Below, piece after piece: positions 17,401 through 32,142 of a DNA stretch of 64,000 bases (positions are counted from its first letter, which is position 1; every line of letters starts with the position of its first letter). The translations under genes were made by a program, and so were the position numbers. The notes under the pieces are model-generated. The model searched no databases, was not told the origin of the DNA, and was given only the letters and a program-made list of their open reading frames with translations. The stretch covers positions 235,166,001-235,230,000 of the forward strand of contig OZ024741.1 in the NCBI GenBank assembly GCA_964016885.1, written 5' to 3'. The DNA is from Eledone cirrhosa. Lineage: Eukaryota.

Positions 17401-18345
17401 CCATCACCACCACCAACAACATCAACCTTCCCCCACCATCACCACCACCAACAACAACATCAACCTTCCCCCACCATCACCACCACCAACAACAACATCA
17501 ACCTTCCCCCACCTCCGTCCCCACCACCAACAACATCAACCTTCCCCCACCACCATCACCAACAACAACAACATCAACCTTCCCCCACCATCACCACCAC
17601 CAACAACAACATCAACCTTCCCCCACCTCCACCACCACCAACAACAACATCAACCTTCCCCCACCACCACCACCACCACCAACAACATCAACCTTCCCCC
17701 ATCATCACCACCACCAACAACAACATCAACCTTCCCCCACCTCCACCACCATCACCAACAACATCAACCTTCCCCCATCATCACCACCACCAACAACAAC
17801 ATCAACCTTCCCCCACCTCCACCACCACCACCAACAACATCAACCTTCCCCCATCATCACCACCACCAACAACAACATCAACCTTCCCCCACCTCCACCA
17901 CCATCACCAACAACATCAACCTTCCCCCATCACCATCACCAACAACATCAACCTTCCCCCACCATCACCACCACCAACAACAACATCAACCTTCCCCCCA
18001 CCATCACTACCACCAACAACAACAACCTACCCCCACCATCACCACCACCACGCACAACATCAACCTTCCCCCACCATCACCATCACCAACAACAACATCA
18101 ACCTTCCCCCCGCCATCATGACAACCAACAACAACATCAACCTGCCCCCCACCATCATCACCACCAACAAGAACATCAACCTTCCCCCACCACCACCACC
18201 AACAAGAACATCAACCTTCCCCCATCACCACCACCACCAAAAACATTAACCTTCCCCCACCACCACCATCACCACCAACAACAACAACATCAACCTTCCC
18301 CCACCCCCACCATCACCACCAACAACAACAACATCAACCTTCCCC
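9315..18345. repeat. Higher-order tandem duplication, period 4535 bp
   Basis: ORF-track pairs 9663/14198, 11605/16140, 11866/16401, 12291/16826 and the stops 13586/18121 are all offset by exactly 4535 and have identical translations. Confidence 0.9.
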
Positions 18346-21300
18346 CACCCCATCACCACCAACAACAACATCAACCTTCCCCCACCACCATCACCACCAC
18401 CAACAACAACATCAACCTTCCCCCATCTCCACCACCCCCACCAACAACATCAACCTGCCCCCACCATCACCACCACCAACGACATAAACCTTCCCTCACC
18501 ATCACCCCCACCACCAACTACATCAACCTTCTCCCACCATCACCACCAACAACAACATCAATTTTCCCCCACCTCCACTACCAACAACAACATCATCCTT
18601 CCCCCACCATCACCACCACCACCAACAACATCAGCCTTCCCCCACCATCACCACCACCAACAACAACATCAACCTTCCCCCACCATCACCACCACCAACA
18701 ACAACCTCAACCTTCCCCACCACCACCAACAACAACATCAACCTTACCCCACCATCACCACCACCAACAACATCAACCTTCCCCCACCATCACCACCACC
18801 ACCAACAACATCAACCTTCCCCCACCATCACCACCAACAACAACATCAACCTGCCCCCACCATCACCACCACCAAAAACAACATCAACCTTCCCCCACCA
18901 TCACCACCACCAACAACATCAACCTTCCCCCACCATCACCACCACCAACAACAACATCAACCTGCCCTCATCACCACCACCACCAACAACAACATCAACC
19001 TTCCCCCACCACCATCACCACCACCAACAACAACATCAACCTTCCCCCACCACCACCACCACCAACAACATCAACCTTCCCCCATCATCATCACCAACAA
19101 CTATATCAACCTTCCCCCACCACCACAACCAACAACAACATCAACCTTCCCCCACCATCACCATCACCAAAAACAACATCATCCTTCCCCCCACCATCAC
19201 GACCACCAACAACAACATCAACCTTCCCCCACCATCACCACCACCAACAACATCAACCTTCCCCCACCATCACTACCACCAACAACATCAACCTTCCCCC
19301 ACCATCACCATCACCAAAAACAACATCAACCTTCCCCCCACCATCACCACCACCAACAACAACATCAACCTTCCCCCACCACCACCACCAACAACAACAT
19401 CAACCTTCCCCCACCATCACCACCACCAACAACATCAACCTTCCCCCACCATCACTACCACCAACAACATCAACCTTCCCCCACCATCACCACCACCAAC
19501 AACAACATCAACCTTCCACCACCATCACCACCACCAACAACAACGTCAACCTTCCCCCACCACCACCACCACACCACCAACATCAACCTCCCCCCCCCCC
19601 CCCATCACCACCAACAACAACATCAACCTTCCCCCCACCATCACCTCCACCACCAACAACATCAACATTCCCCCAACACCATCACAACAACCAACAACAA
19701 CATCAAACTTCCCCCACCATCACCACTACCAACAACAACATCAACCTTCCCCCACCACCACCACCACCAACAACTACATCAACCTTCCCCCCACCATCAC
19801 CACCACCAACAACATTAACCTTCCCCCCACCATCACCTCCACCACCAACAACATCAACATTCCCCCAAAACCATCACAACATCCAACAAAAACATAAACC
19901 TTCCCCCACCATCACCACCACCAACAACAACATCAACCTGCCCCCACAATCACCACCACCATAAACAACATCAACCTTCCCCCACCATCACCACCAACAG
20001 CAACAACATCAACCTTCCCCCACCATCACCACCACCACCAACAACATCAACATTCCCCCAACACCATCACAACATCCAACAAAAACATCAACCTTCCCCC
20101 ACCATCACCACCACCAACAACAACATCAACCTGCCCCCACCATCACCACCACCAACAACAACATCAACCTTCCCCCACCATCACCACCAACAGCAACAAC
20201 ATCAACCTTCCCCCACCATCACCACCACCAACAACAACATCAACCTTCCCCCCACCATCACCATCACCAACAACAACATCAACCTTACCCCCACCATCAC
20301 CACCACCAACAACAACATCAACCTTCCCCCACCATCACCACCAACAACATCAACCTTCCCCCACCATCACCACCACCAACAACAACATCAACCTTCCCCC
20401 CACCATCACCATCACCACCAACAACATCAACCTTCCCCCCACCATCACCACCACCAACAACATCAACCTTCCCCCACCATCACCACCACCACCAACAACA
20501 TCAACCTTCTCCCACCATCATCACGACCACCAACAACATCAACCTTTCCCCCACCATCACCACCACCATCACCACCAACATCAACCTTCCCCAACCATCA
20601 CCACCACCAACATCAACCTTCCCCCACCACAACCAACAACATCAACCTTCCCCCACCATCATCACCACCACCAACAACATCAACCTTCCCCCACCATCAC
20701 CACCACCAACAACAACATCAACCTTCCCCCACCATCACCACCACCAACAACATCAACCTTCCCCCACCATCACCACCACCACCAACAACATCAACCTTCC
20801 CCCTACCATCACCACCACCACCAACAACATCAACCTTCCCCCACCATCACCACCACCACCACCAACAACATCAACCTTCCCCCACCATCACCACCAACAA
20901 CATCAAGCTTCCCCCCACCATCACCATCACCAACAACAACATCAACCTTCCCCCACCATCACCACCAACAACATCAACCTTCCCCCACCATCACCATCAC
21001 CAACAACAACATCAACCTTCCCCCACCATCACCACCAACAACATCAACCTTCCCCCCACCATCACCATCACCAACAACAACATCAACCTTCCCCCACCAT
21101 CACCACCAACAACATCAACCTTCCCCCCACCATCACCACCAACAACAATATCAACCTTCCCCCACCATCACCACCACCAACAACATCAACCTTCCCCCAC
21201 CATCACCACCACCAACAACAACATCAACCTTCTCCCACAACCACCACCAACAACAACAACATCAACCTTCCCCCACCATCACCACCACCGACAACAACAT

Positions 21301-24300
21301 CAACCTTCCCCCACCATCACCACCACCACCAACAACATCAACCTTCCCCCCACCATCACCACCAACAACAACATCAACCCTCCCCCACCTCCACCACCAC
21401 CACCAACAACATCAACCTTCCCCCATCATCACCACCACCTACAACAACATCAACCTTCCCCCACCTCCACCACCATCACCAACAACATCAACCTTCCCCC
21501 ATCACCATCACCAACAACATCAACCTTCCCCCACCATCACCACCACCAACAACAACATCAACCTTCCCCCCACCATCACCACCACCAACAACAACAACCT
21601 ACCCCCACCATCACCACCACCACCAACAATATCAACCTTCCACCATCACCACCACCACGCACAACATCAACCTTCCCCCACCACCACCATCAACAACAAC
21701 ATCAACCTTCCCCCCGCCATCATCACCACCAACAAGAACATCAACCTTCCCCCACCAACAAGATCAACCGTCCCCCACCATCACCATCACCACCAAAAAC
21801 ATTAACCTTCCCCCACCACCACCATCCCCACCAACAACAACAACATCAACCTTCCCCCACCACCACCATCACCACCAACAACAACAACATCAACTTTCCC
21901 CCACCATCACCACCACCAACAACATCAACCTTCCCCCACCATCACCACCACCAACAACAACATCAACCTTCCCCCACCACCATCACCACCACCAACAACA
22001 ACATCAACCTTCCCCCACCTACAGCACCACCACCAACAACATCAACCTGCCCCCACCATCACCACCACCAACGACATCAACCTTCCCCCACCATCACCCC
22101 CACCACCAACTACATCAACCTTCTCCCACCATCACCACCAACAACACCATCAATTTTCCCCCACCATCACCATCACCAACAACATCAGCCTTCCCCCACC
22201 ATCACCACCACCAACAACAACATCAACTTTCCCCCACCAACACCACCAACAACAACATCAACTTTCCCCCACCATCACCACCACCAACAACATCAACCTT
22301 CCCCCACCATCAGCACCACCATCAACAACATCAACCTTCCCCCACCACCACTACCAACAACAACATCATCCTTCCCCCACCATCACCACCACCACCAACA
22401 ACATCAGCCTTCCCCCACCATCACCACCAACAACAACATCAACCTTCCCCCACCATCACCACCACCAACAACAACATCATCCTTCCCCCACCATCACCAC
22501 CACCACCAACAACCGCAACCTTCCCCACCACCACCAACAACAACATCAACCTTTCCCCACCATCACCACCACCAACAACATCAACATTCCCCCACCATCA
22601 CCACCAACAACAACATCAACCTTCACACACCACCACCACCACCAACAACAACATCAACCTTCCCCCACCATCACCACCAACAACAACATCAACCTTCCCC
22701 CACCATCACCACCACCACCAACAACATCAACCTTCGCCCATCATCATCACCACCACCAACAACATCAACCTTCACACACCACCACCACCACCAACAACAA
22801 CATCAACCTTCCCCCACCATCACCATCACCAACAACAACATCAAACTTCCCCCACCATCACCACCACCACCAACATCAACCTTCCCCCACCATCACCATC
22901 ACCAAAAACAACATCAACCTTCCCCCTACCATCACCATCACCAAAAACAACATCAACCTTCCCCCCACCATCACGACCACCAACAACAACATCAACCTTC
23001 CCCCACCATCACCACCACCAACAACATCAACCTTCCCCCACCATCACTACCACCAACAACATCAACCTTCCCCCACCATCACCACCAACAACAACATCAA
23101 CCTTCCCCCCACCATCACGACCACCAACAACAACATCAACCTTCCCCCACCATCACCACCACCAACAACATCAACCTTCCCCCACCATCACTACCACCAA
23201 CAACATCAACCTTCCCCCACCATCACCACCAACAACAACATCAACCTTCCCCCACCATCACCATCACCAAAAACAACATCAACCTTCCCCCCACCATCAC
23301 GACCACCAACAACAACATCAACCTTCCCCCACCATCACTACCACCAACAACATCAACCTTCCCCCACCATCACCACCAACAACAACATCAACCTTCCCCC
23401 CACCATCACGACCACCAACAACAACATCAACCTTCCCCCACCATCACCACCACCAACAACATCAACCTTCCCCCACCATCACTACCACCAACAACATCAA
23501 CCTTCCCCCACCATCACCACCAACAACAACATCAACCTTCCCCCACCATCACCACCACCAACAACATCAACCTTCCCCCACCATCACTACCACCAACAAC
23601 ATCAACCTTCCCCCACCATCACCACCAACAACAACATCAACCTTCCCCCACCATCACCATCACCAAAAACAACATCAACCTTCCCCCCATCACCATCACC
23701 AAAAACAACATCAACCTTCCCCCCACCATCACGACCACCAACAACAACATCAACCTTCCCCCACCATCACCACCAACAACATCAACCTTCCCCCACCATC
23801 ACTACCACCAACAACATCAACCTTCCCCCACCATCACCACCAACAACAACATCAACCTTCCCCCCACCATCACGACCACCAACAACAACATCAACCTTCC
23901 CCCACCATCACCACCACCAACAACATCAACCTTCCCCCACCATCACTACCACCAACAACATCAACCTTCCCCCACCATCACCACCAACAACAACATCAAC
24001 CTTCCCCCACCATCACCATCACCAAAAACAACATCAACCTTCCCCCACCATCACCACCAACACCAACAACATCAACCTTCCCCCCACCATCACCATCACC
24101 AAAAACAACATCAACCTTCCCCCCACCATCACGACCACCAACAACAACATCAACCTTCCCCCACCATCACCACCACCAACAACATCAACCTTCCCCCACC
24201 ATCACTACCACCAACAACATCAACCTTCCCCCACCATCACCACCAACAACAACATCAACCTTCCCCCACCATCACCACCAACAACAACAACATCAACCTT

Positions 24301-27300
24301 CCCCCACCACCACCACCAACAACAACATCAACCTTCCCCCACCATCACCACCACCACCACCACCAACATCAACCTTCCCCCCACCATCACCACCACCAAC
24401 AACAGCAACATTCCCCCAACACCATCACAACAACCAACAACAACATCAACCTTCCCCCACCATCACCACCACCAACAACAACATCAACCTTCCCCCCACC
24501 ATCACCATCACCACCAACAACATCAACCTTCCCCCACCATCACCACCAACAACAACATCAACTTTCCCCCACCAACACCACCAACAACAACATCAACTTT
24601 CCCGCACCATCACCACCAACAACAACATCATCCTTCCCCCACCATCACCATCACCACCAACAACATCATCCTTCCCCCACCATCACCACCACCACCAACA
24701 ACATCAGCCTTCCCCCACCATCACCACCACCAACAACAACATCAACCTTCCCCCACCATCACCACCACCAACAACAACATCATCCTTCCCCCCCCCCATC
24801 ACCACCACCACCACCAACAACCTTAACCTTCCCCACCACCACCAACAACAACATCAACCTTTCCCCACCATCACCACCACCAACAACATCAACATTCCCC
24901 CACCATCACCACCAACAACAACATCAACCTTCCCCCACCATCACCACCACCAACAACAACATCATCCTTCCCCCCCCATCACCACCACCACCACCAACAA
25001 CCTCAACCTTCCCCACCACCACCACCAACAACATCAACCTCCCCCCACCATCACCACCAACAACAACATCAACCTTCCCCCACCATCACCACCACCACCA
25101 ACAACATCAACCTTCGCCCATCATCATCACCACCACCAACAACATCAACCTTCCCCCACCATCACCATCACCAACAACAACATCAAACTTCCCCCACCAT
25201 CACCATCACCAAAAACAACATCAACCTTCCCCCACCATCACCACCAACACCAACAACATCAACCTTCCCCCCACCATCACCATCACCAAAAACAACATCA
25301 ACCTTCCCCCCACCATCACGACCACCAACAACATCAACCTTCCCCCACCATCACCACCACAACCAACAACATCAACCTTCCCCCACCATCACCACCACCA
25401 ACAACAACATCAACCTTCCCCCCACCATCACCACCACCAACAACATCAACCTTCCCCCACCATCACCACCACCACCACCAACATCAACCTTCCCCCCACC
25501 ATCACCACCACCAACAACATCAACATTCCCCCAACACCATCACAACAACCAACAACAGCATCAACCTTCCCCCATCATCGCCACTACCAACAACATCAAC
25601 CTTCCCCCACCACCACCACCAACAACATCAACCTTCCCCACATCACCACCACCAACAAAAACATCAACCTTCCCCCACCATCACCACCACCAACAACAAC
25701 ATCAACCTTCCCCCACCACCACCACCAACAACAACATCAACCTTCCCCCACCATCACCACCACCACCAACAACATCAACCTTCCCCCCACCATCACCACC
25801 ACCACCAACAACATCAACATTCCCCCAACACCATCACAACATCCAACAAAAACATCAACCTTCCCCCACCATCACCACCACCAACAACAACATCAACCTG
25901 CCGCCACCATCACCACCACCAACAACAACATCAACCTTCCCCACCATCACCACCACCACCAACAACATCAACCTTCCCCCACCACCACCACCACCACCAA
26001 CAACATCAACCTTCCCCCACCATCACCACCACCACCAACAACATCAGCCTTCCCCCACCACCACCACCACCACCAACAACATCAACCTTCCCCCACCATC
26101 ACCACCACCAACAACAACATCAACCTTCCCCCACCACCACCACCAACAACAACATCAACCTTCCCCCACCATCACCACCACCACCAACAACATCAACCTT
26201 CCCCCACCATCACCACCACCACCAACAACATCAACATTCCCCCAACACCATCACAACATCCAACAAAAACATCAACCTTCCCCCACCATCACCACCACCA
26301 ACAACAACATCAACCTGCCCCCACCATCACCACCACCAACAACAACATCAACCTTCCCCCACCATCACCACCAACAGCAACAACATCAACCTTCCCCCAC
26401 CATCACCACCACCAACAACAACATCAACATTCCCCCCACCATCACCATCACCAACAACAACATCAACCTTCCCCCCACCATCACCACCACCAACAACAAC
26501 ATCAACCTTCCCCCACCATCACCACCAACAACTTCAACCTTCCCTCACCATCACCACCATCAACAACAACATCAACCTTCCCCCCACCATCACCATCACC
26601 ACCAACAACATCAACCTTCCCCCACCATCACCACCAACAACAACATCAACTTTCCCCCACCAACACCACCAACAACAACATCAACTTTCCCCCACCATCA
26701 CCACCACCAACAACATCAGCCTTCCCCCACCATCACCACCACCAACAACATCAACCTTCCCCCCACCATCACCACCACCATCACCACCAACATCAACCTT
26801 CCCCAACCATCACCACCACCATCATCAACCTTCCCCCAACATCACCACCACCATCACCAACAACATCAACCTTCCCCAACCATCACCACCACCAACAACA
26901 TCAACCTTCCCCCACCATCACCACCAACATCAACCTTCCCCCCACCATCACCACCACCATCACCACCAACATCAACCTTCCCCAACCATCACCACCACCA
27001 ACATCAACCTTCCCCCACCACCACCAACAACATCAACCTTCCCCCACCATCATCACCACCACCAACAACATCAACCTTCCCCCACCATCACCACCACCAA
27101 CAACAACATCAACCTTCCCCCCACCATCACCACCACCACCAACAACAACATCAACCTTTCCCCACCATCACCATCACCAACAACAACATCAACCTTCCCC
27201 CACCATCACCACCACCACCAACAACATCAACCTTCCCCCACCATCACCACCACCAACAACATCAACCTTCCCCCACCATCACCACCACCAACAACATCAA

Positions 27301-28744
27301 CCTTCCCCCCACCATCACCATCACCAACAACATCAACCTTCCCCCACCATCACCACCACCAACAACATCAACCTTCCCCCACCATCACCACCACCAACAA
27401 CATCAACCTTCCCCCCACCATCACCACCACCATCACCAACAACATCAACCTTCCCCAACCATCACCACCACCATCATCAACCTTCCCCCAACATCACCAC
27501 CACCATCACCACCAACATCAACCTTCCCCAACCATCACCACCACCATCATCAACCTTTCCCCAACATCACCACCACCATCACCACCAACATCAACCTTCC
27601 CCAACCATCACCACCACCAACAACATCAACCTTCCCCCACCATCACCACCACCAACAACAACATCAACCTTCCCCCACCATCACCACCAACAACAACAAC
27701 ATCAACCTTCCCCAACCACCACCACCAACAACATCAACCTTCCCCCACCATCATCACCACCACCAACAACATCAACCTTCCCCAACCACCACCACCACCA
27801 ACATCAACCTTCCCCAACCATCACCACCACCATCATCAACCTTCCCCCAACATCACCACCACCATCACCACCAACATCAACCTTCCCCAACCATCACCAC
27901 CACCACCAACAACATCAACCTTCCCCCACCATCACCACCACCAACAACAACATCAACCTTCCCCCACCATCACCACCAACAACAACATCAACCTTCCCCC
28001 ACCATCACCACCAACAACAACAACATCAACCTTCCCCCACCATCACCACCACCAACAACAACATCAACCTTCCCCCACCATCACAACAACCAACAACAAC
28101 ATCAACCTTCCCCCACCATCACCACCACCAACAACATCAACCTTCCCCCACCATCACCACCACCAACAACAACATCAACCTTCCCCCACCATCACCACCA
28201 ACAACAACATCAACCTTCCCCCACCATCACCACCACCAACAACAACATCAACCTTCCCCCACCATCACCACCAACAACAACATCAACCTTCCCCCACCCC
28301 ATCACCACCAACAACAACATCTACCTTCCCCCACCACCACCAACAACAACAACATCAACCTTCCCCCACCATCACCACCACCACCAACAACATCAACCTT
28401 CCCCCACCATCACCACCACCACCAACAACATCAACCTTCCCCCACCATCACCACCACCAACAACATCAACCTTCTCCCACCATCACCACCACCAACAACA
28501 ACATCAACCTTCCCCCACCATCACCACCACCAACAACTACATCAACCTTCCCCCACCATCACCACCACCAACAACCACATCAACCTCCCCCCCCCCCCCC
28601 CCCCCCCCACCACCACCTCCATAAACATCACCCTCCTCCCCCATCACGCCAACACATCATCAAAACCCCCACCATCCTCTGCAACATCAACATCAACACC
28701 ACCTCATGGCTGTTTTTCACCATTCCTAAATCCTTTCATCTCCA

Positions 28745-28834
28745 TACACATACACACACACACATATACATTTATATATATATATATATATATGTATAAA
28801 TATATATATATAAGTATATATATATTTAAATATA

Positions 28835-28914
<80 letters not shown>

Positions 28915-29150
28915 CATACATATATATATTCATATATATATATATATACATATACATATATTTATTTATATATATGTAAATATATATATGTATATGAATG
29001 TATGTTTATGTGTATATATATATATATAGATATATACATATGTATATATATATATATGTACATGTACATATATAGACACATATACATACATTCATCTACA
29101 TATATATATACATATATGTAAATGTATATATATGAATATATATATGTATG

Positions 29151-29197
<47 letters not shown>

Positions 29198-29350
29198 TTA
29201 TATATATGTATGTATATATATATATATATATACAAAGTTGTAAATATGTGTGAATATATGTATATATATATATATCTACATATATATATATCTACATATA
29301 TATATTCATATATATATGTAGATATATATATATATAAATATCTACATATA

Positions 29351-29393
<43 letters not shown>

Positions 29394-29773
29394 GTGTGTA
29401 TGTATATATATAGAGAGATATATATAGATAGATATATATATGTATGTAAATATATATATATATATATAAATATGTATATAAATATGTATATATTTATATG
29501 TATATATATATATATACATACATACGTATATATATATATATATATGTAAACAGATATGTATGTATATATAGATAATCATACATATCTATATACATACATA
29601 ATATATATATATACACATACACATACATATATATATACATACACACATACATCCATCCACACATACATACATACAAATACATACACACACATATATGTAT
29701 GTATCTATGTGTAATGTTTATATATATATATATGTATATATATATATACATACACACATATATATATATATAT

Positions 29774-29814
<41 letters not shown>

Positions 29815-29935
29815 TATAGACAGTGAAATACAAAAATACACACATACATATACCCACTCACACATATATGTGGATGCACCACATATAGAAGCATTCCTGC
29901 ACACATATATACACATACATGTACATACACACATA
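28745..29935. repeat. Degenerate (TA)n/(CA)n microsatellite
   Basis: Long TA runs interspersed with CA/TG dinucleotides. Confidence 0.95.
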
Positions 29936-30223
29936 CTCTCACACTTTTATTCTCTCCCCCTCCACATACCTATTTCTCTCTCTCTCTCTCCCTCTCTCTC
30001 CCTCAATATCTATGTCTTTTTGTCACTATCTAGCTCCCTCTCTGTCTGTTTGTCTCCCTATTTATTCCTCTGTTTGTCGAACTATCTACATAGCTATCCT
30101 TCTGTATTTCTACCTATCTTTAAATTATCTATCTATCTGTTTGTTATATCCATCGATCTTACTCTCTGCCTGTCTCTCAATAAATGTATGTATATCTATG
30201 TATATATATATATATACAGTAAT

Positions 30224-30404
30224 TGTTTCTACTTTAGGCACAAGGCCAGCAATTAGCCAGTGCATTACTGGTACTTTATTTTATCGAACCCGTAAGGATG
30301 AAAGGCAAAGTCAACCTCGGCGGGATTTGAACTCAGATCGTAAAGGGACGTAACTATGCTGGAAAGCATGGCGTCCGACCCTCTACCGATACTGCCAATC
30401 CACC
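30224..30404 (-). mobile_element. tRNA-derived SINE, family 1 (central GCCTTTCATCCT..CGGG.TCGATAAAAT block, Meta/MESC-domain-like)
   Basis: The minus strand shows an A-box-like TGGCAGTATCGG and a B-box-like GAGTTCAAATCC. It aligns with the copies at 37277 and 63592. A perfect 10-bp TSD ATACAGTAAT lies at 30214-30223 and 30405-30414. The domain name is from recall. Confidence 0.85.
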
Positions 30405-30517
30405 ATACAGTAATAATAATAAATTTGAAGACTAAAATCCAAAGAGGGCTCGATAAGGATAAATATATATCAAATATATACGAACCGTAGAGCAAATATT
30501 TATTAAAATAACAGATT

Positions 30518-30583
30518 AAAGTTTAAGCAAAGAATCGCTGCTTTCACCCTTAAGTGAAAGCAGCGATTCTTTGCTTAAACTTT
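30518..30583. repeat. Perfect 30-bp inverted repeat with 6-nt loop at the Penelope-like element 3' end
   Basis: AAAGTTTAAGCAAAGAATCGCTGCTTTCAC-CCTTAA-GTGAAAGCAGCGATTCTTTGCTTAAACTTT. Confidence 0.95.
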
Positions 30584-31995
30584 TTTATTTTGTCTGTTTA
30601 TTTATTTATTTATTTTTGTCTTCTTCTCTGCGTATGCGTTTGCGTGTGTATAGTATTTGGTGTGTGTTCGCGTTTGGGTGACTGCGTTCAGTTATTGTAT
30701 TCTATCTTAGTTTACTAGTGTGTGCTTATATGTGTTTGTTGTTATTGTGCTTGTGTATATATTTATTTATATTTCTTTTAGGTCAGTATTGTTTGTTTGG
30801 GTGTTATTGTTATTCGATTCAATTTTTCTGTTTAGCTTTAGCCTACTAAGCTCTATTTCGCTTGCCTCTCTCATTTGCCTATCTGCTGGGTCATTTCTAT
30901 GTTTAGATATTATTTTAATTTCTATGTTGTCTATGTTACCGTCATGTTGTTGTCTGGCGTGTTCGTATAGTACTGAACCGTTTTTTCGTCCCTTTAGTTC
31001 CCCCCAGTGTTGGTCTATCCTTTCACCTATGCTACGAGCTGTCTCGCCTATGTATGTTGTTGTTATGTTTCTGCAAGTACCCTCTGTACATCTTATGCTA
31101 TAGACTACGTTTCTAGTTTTAGAGTTTATCCGGGGTTTACTTTACATATAACACATTTCCTATTAGTATAGTGGGTATTCTTAAAAGGGTATGTTTTGCT
31201 GATCAGGGATATTTTATGGTAGTTCCTGGCTTTTCTACCACTTTAATCTTAAGTGGGTCTTTCTCAGGGCCTTTCTCCACTGGTTAGCTAATTTCCCTCC
31301 AGGGGTAGCATCCACGAACATGACACTCTGGTATCTCTGGTTGTCGTACCATGAGGTGGCTTTCCCTATCTTATGTCTAGCCCTATCTAAGCTATTCCAT
31401 GATTTGCTCCTGTATAATGGGCAAATTCCTTTCATGTCCAGTTCTATGAGGGTCTTATACTTCTCCGTGGCTCCTTCGTATACTCTGATTCTGTCTCTTT
31501 GGTTGTAGCCAGAGAACTGCATGCGGTTGATAAAGTGTTGGATGTGTCTTTCCATTTCTGTTGGGTTGCACATGCGGGACACGTACTTCATCACTCGTAC
31601 CTAGTCTGCGATCAGAATATTAAACTTAGCACTACTGGACATTGTTGAGTTTTTGAGTATCAGGTATTTGGAGGCCATGTGTTTAGCATAGTGTGAGTGG
31701 AGAATCTGGGCCCTCTCGTCTATAGCGTTAATCTAGAGTTCCGTGTCTAATACAGGTAGTCCATTGTTAGGGTGTTTGGAAGGGTAGTCGATAGTTACAG
31801 TTATACTCTGGTGTATGGAGTTAGCTATCTGCTGGATGCTTTCCATTGTGCTACATTCTAACTCATACTTGTTAGTACTCTCTTGTGAGGAGTCCTTATT
31901 ACTATATTAATGTCGTCTATGCAACGAGAGTACATGATGAGGTCTATGGAGCTCTCATCAAGGAGATCTTTGAGTCTCCTTTCCCACCATACCAT
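30554..31995 (-). mobile_element. 5'-truncated, decayed Penelope-like retroelement (RT C-terminal half, thumb/linker, C-terminal GIY-YIG endonuclease)
   Basis: Manual minus-strand translation gives MVWWERRL..YSRCIDDINIV (RYxDD motif), then IANSIHQSITVTIDYPS..LPVLD and HYAKHMAS. ORF 31235-31594 follows (PLYRSKSWN..SVMFVDATPGG). At ~31130-30800 it reads NVVYSIRC..TYIGETARSIGERIDQH..SVLYEH..REASEI..LNRKIE. In-frame stops and frameshifts are present. Confidence 0.92.
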
Positions 31996-32015
31996 ATATA
32001 TACATATATATATAT

Positions 32016-32057
<42 letters not shown>

Positions 32058-32142
32058 TTATGAAATTAATAAGACTTTATGTTCATCATCATCATCATTC
32101 ATCTTATATATGTTCATCATCATTCATCTTATATATTTACAT

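Larger units (their letters stand above)
1..28700. repeat. Giant compound minisatellite, consensus about AACATCAACCTTCCCCCACCATC(ACC)n(AAC)m, unit ~30-44 bp; continues beyond the left window edge
   Basis: The anchor CATCAACCTTCCCCC recurs every ~35-38 bp across the interval. Unit length varies through the C-run (4-6) and the ACC/AAC copy numbers. G is almost absent on the + strand. The array decays after a 22-C run at 28587-28608. Confidence 0.97.

Noticed and set aside
2106-18121. Long Pro/Thr/His/Gln/Asn-rich ORFs (up to 1725 aa) resembling mucins or extensins
   Set aside because: The strand has almost no G and little TA, so stops are rare by composition. The peptide cycles through all three frames of the repeat as the C-run length changes.
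1-28700. CRISPR-like repeat-spacer periodicity of ~35 bp
   Set aside because: The intervening sequences are ACC/AAC runs rather than unique spacers. There are no cas genes and the context is eukaryotic.
1-28700. Telomeric repeat
   Set aside because: The C-rich polarity is telomere-like, but no TTAGGG/CCCTAA-type short perfect repeat is present.
28704-30353. YIYI-type ORFs (also at 42699-44266)
   Set aside because: They are translations of (TA)n microsatellite.
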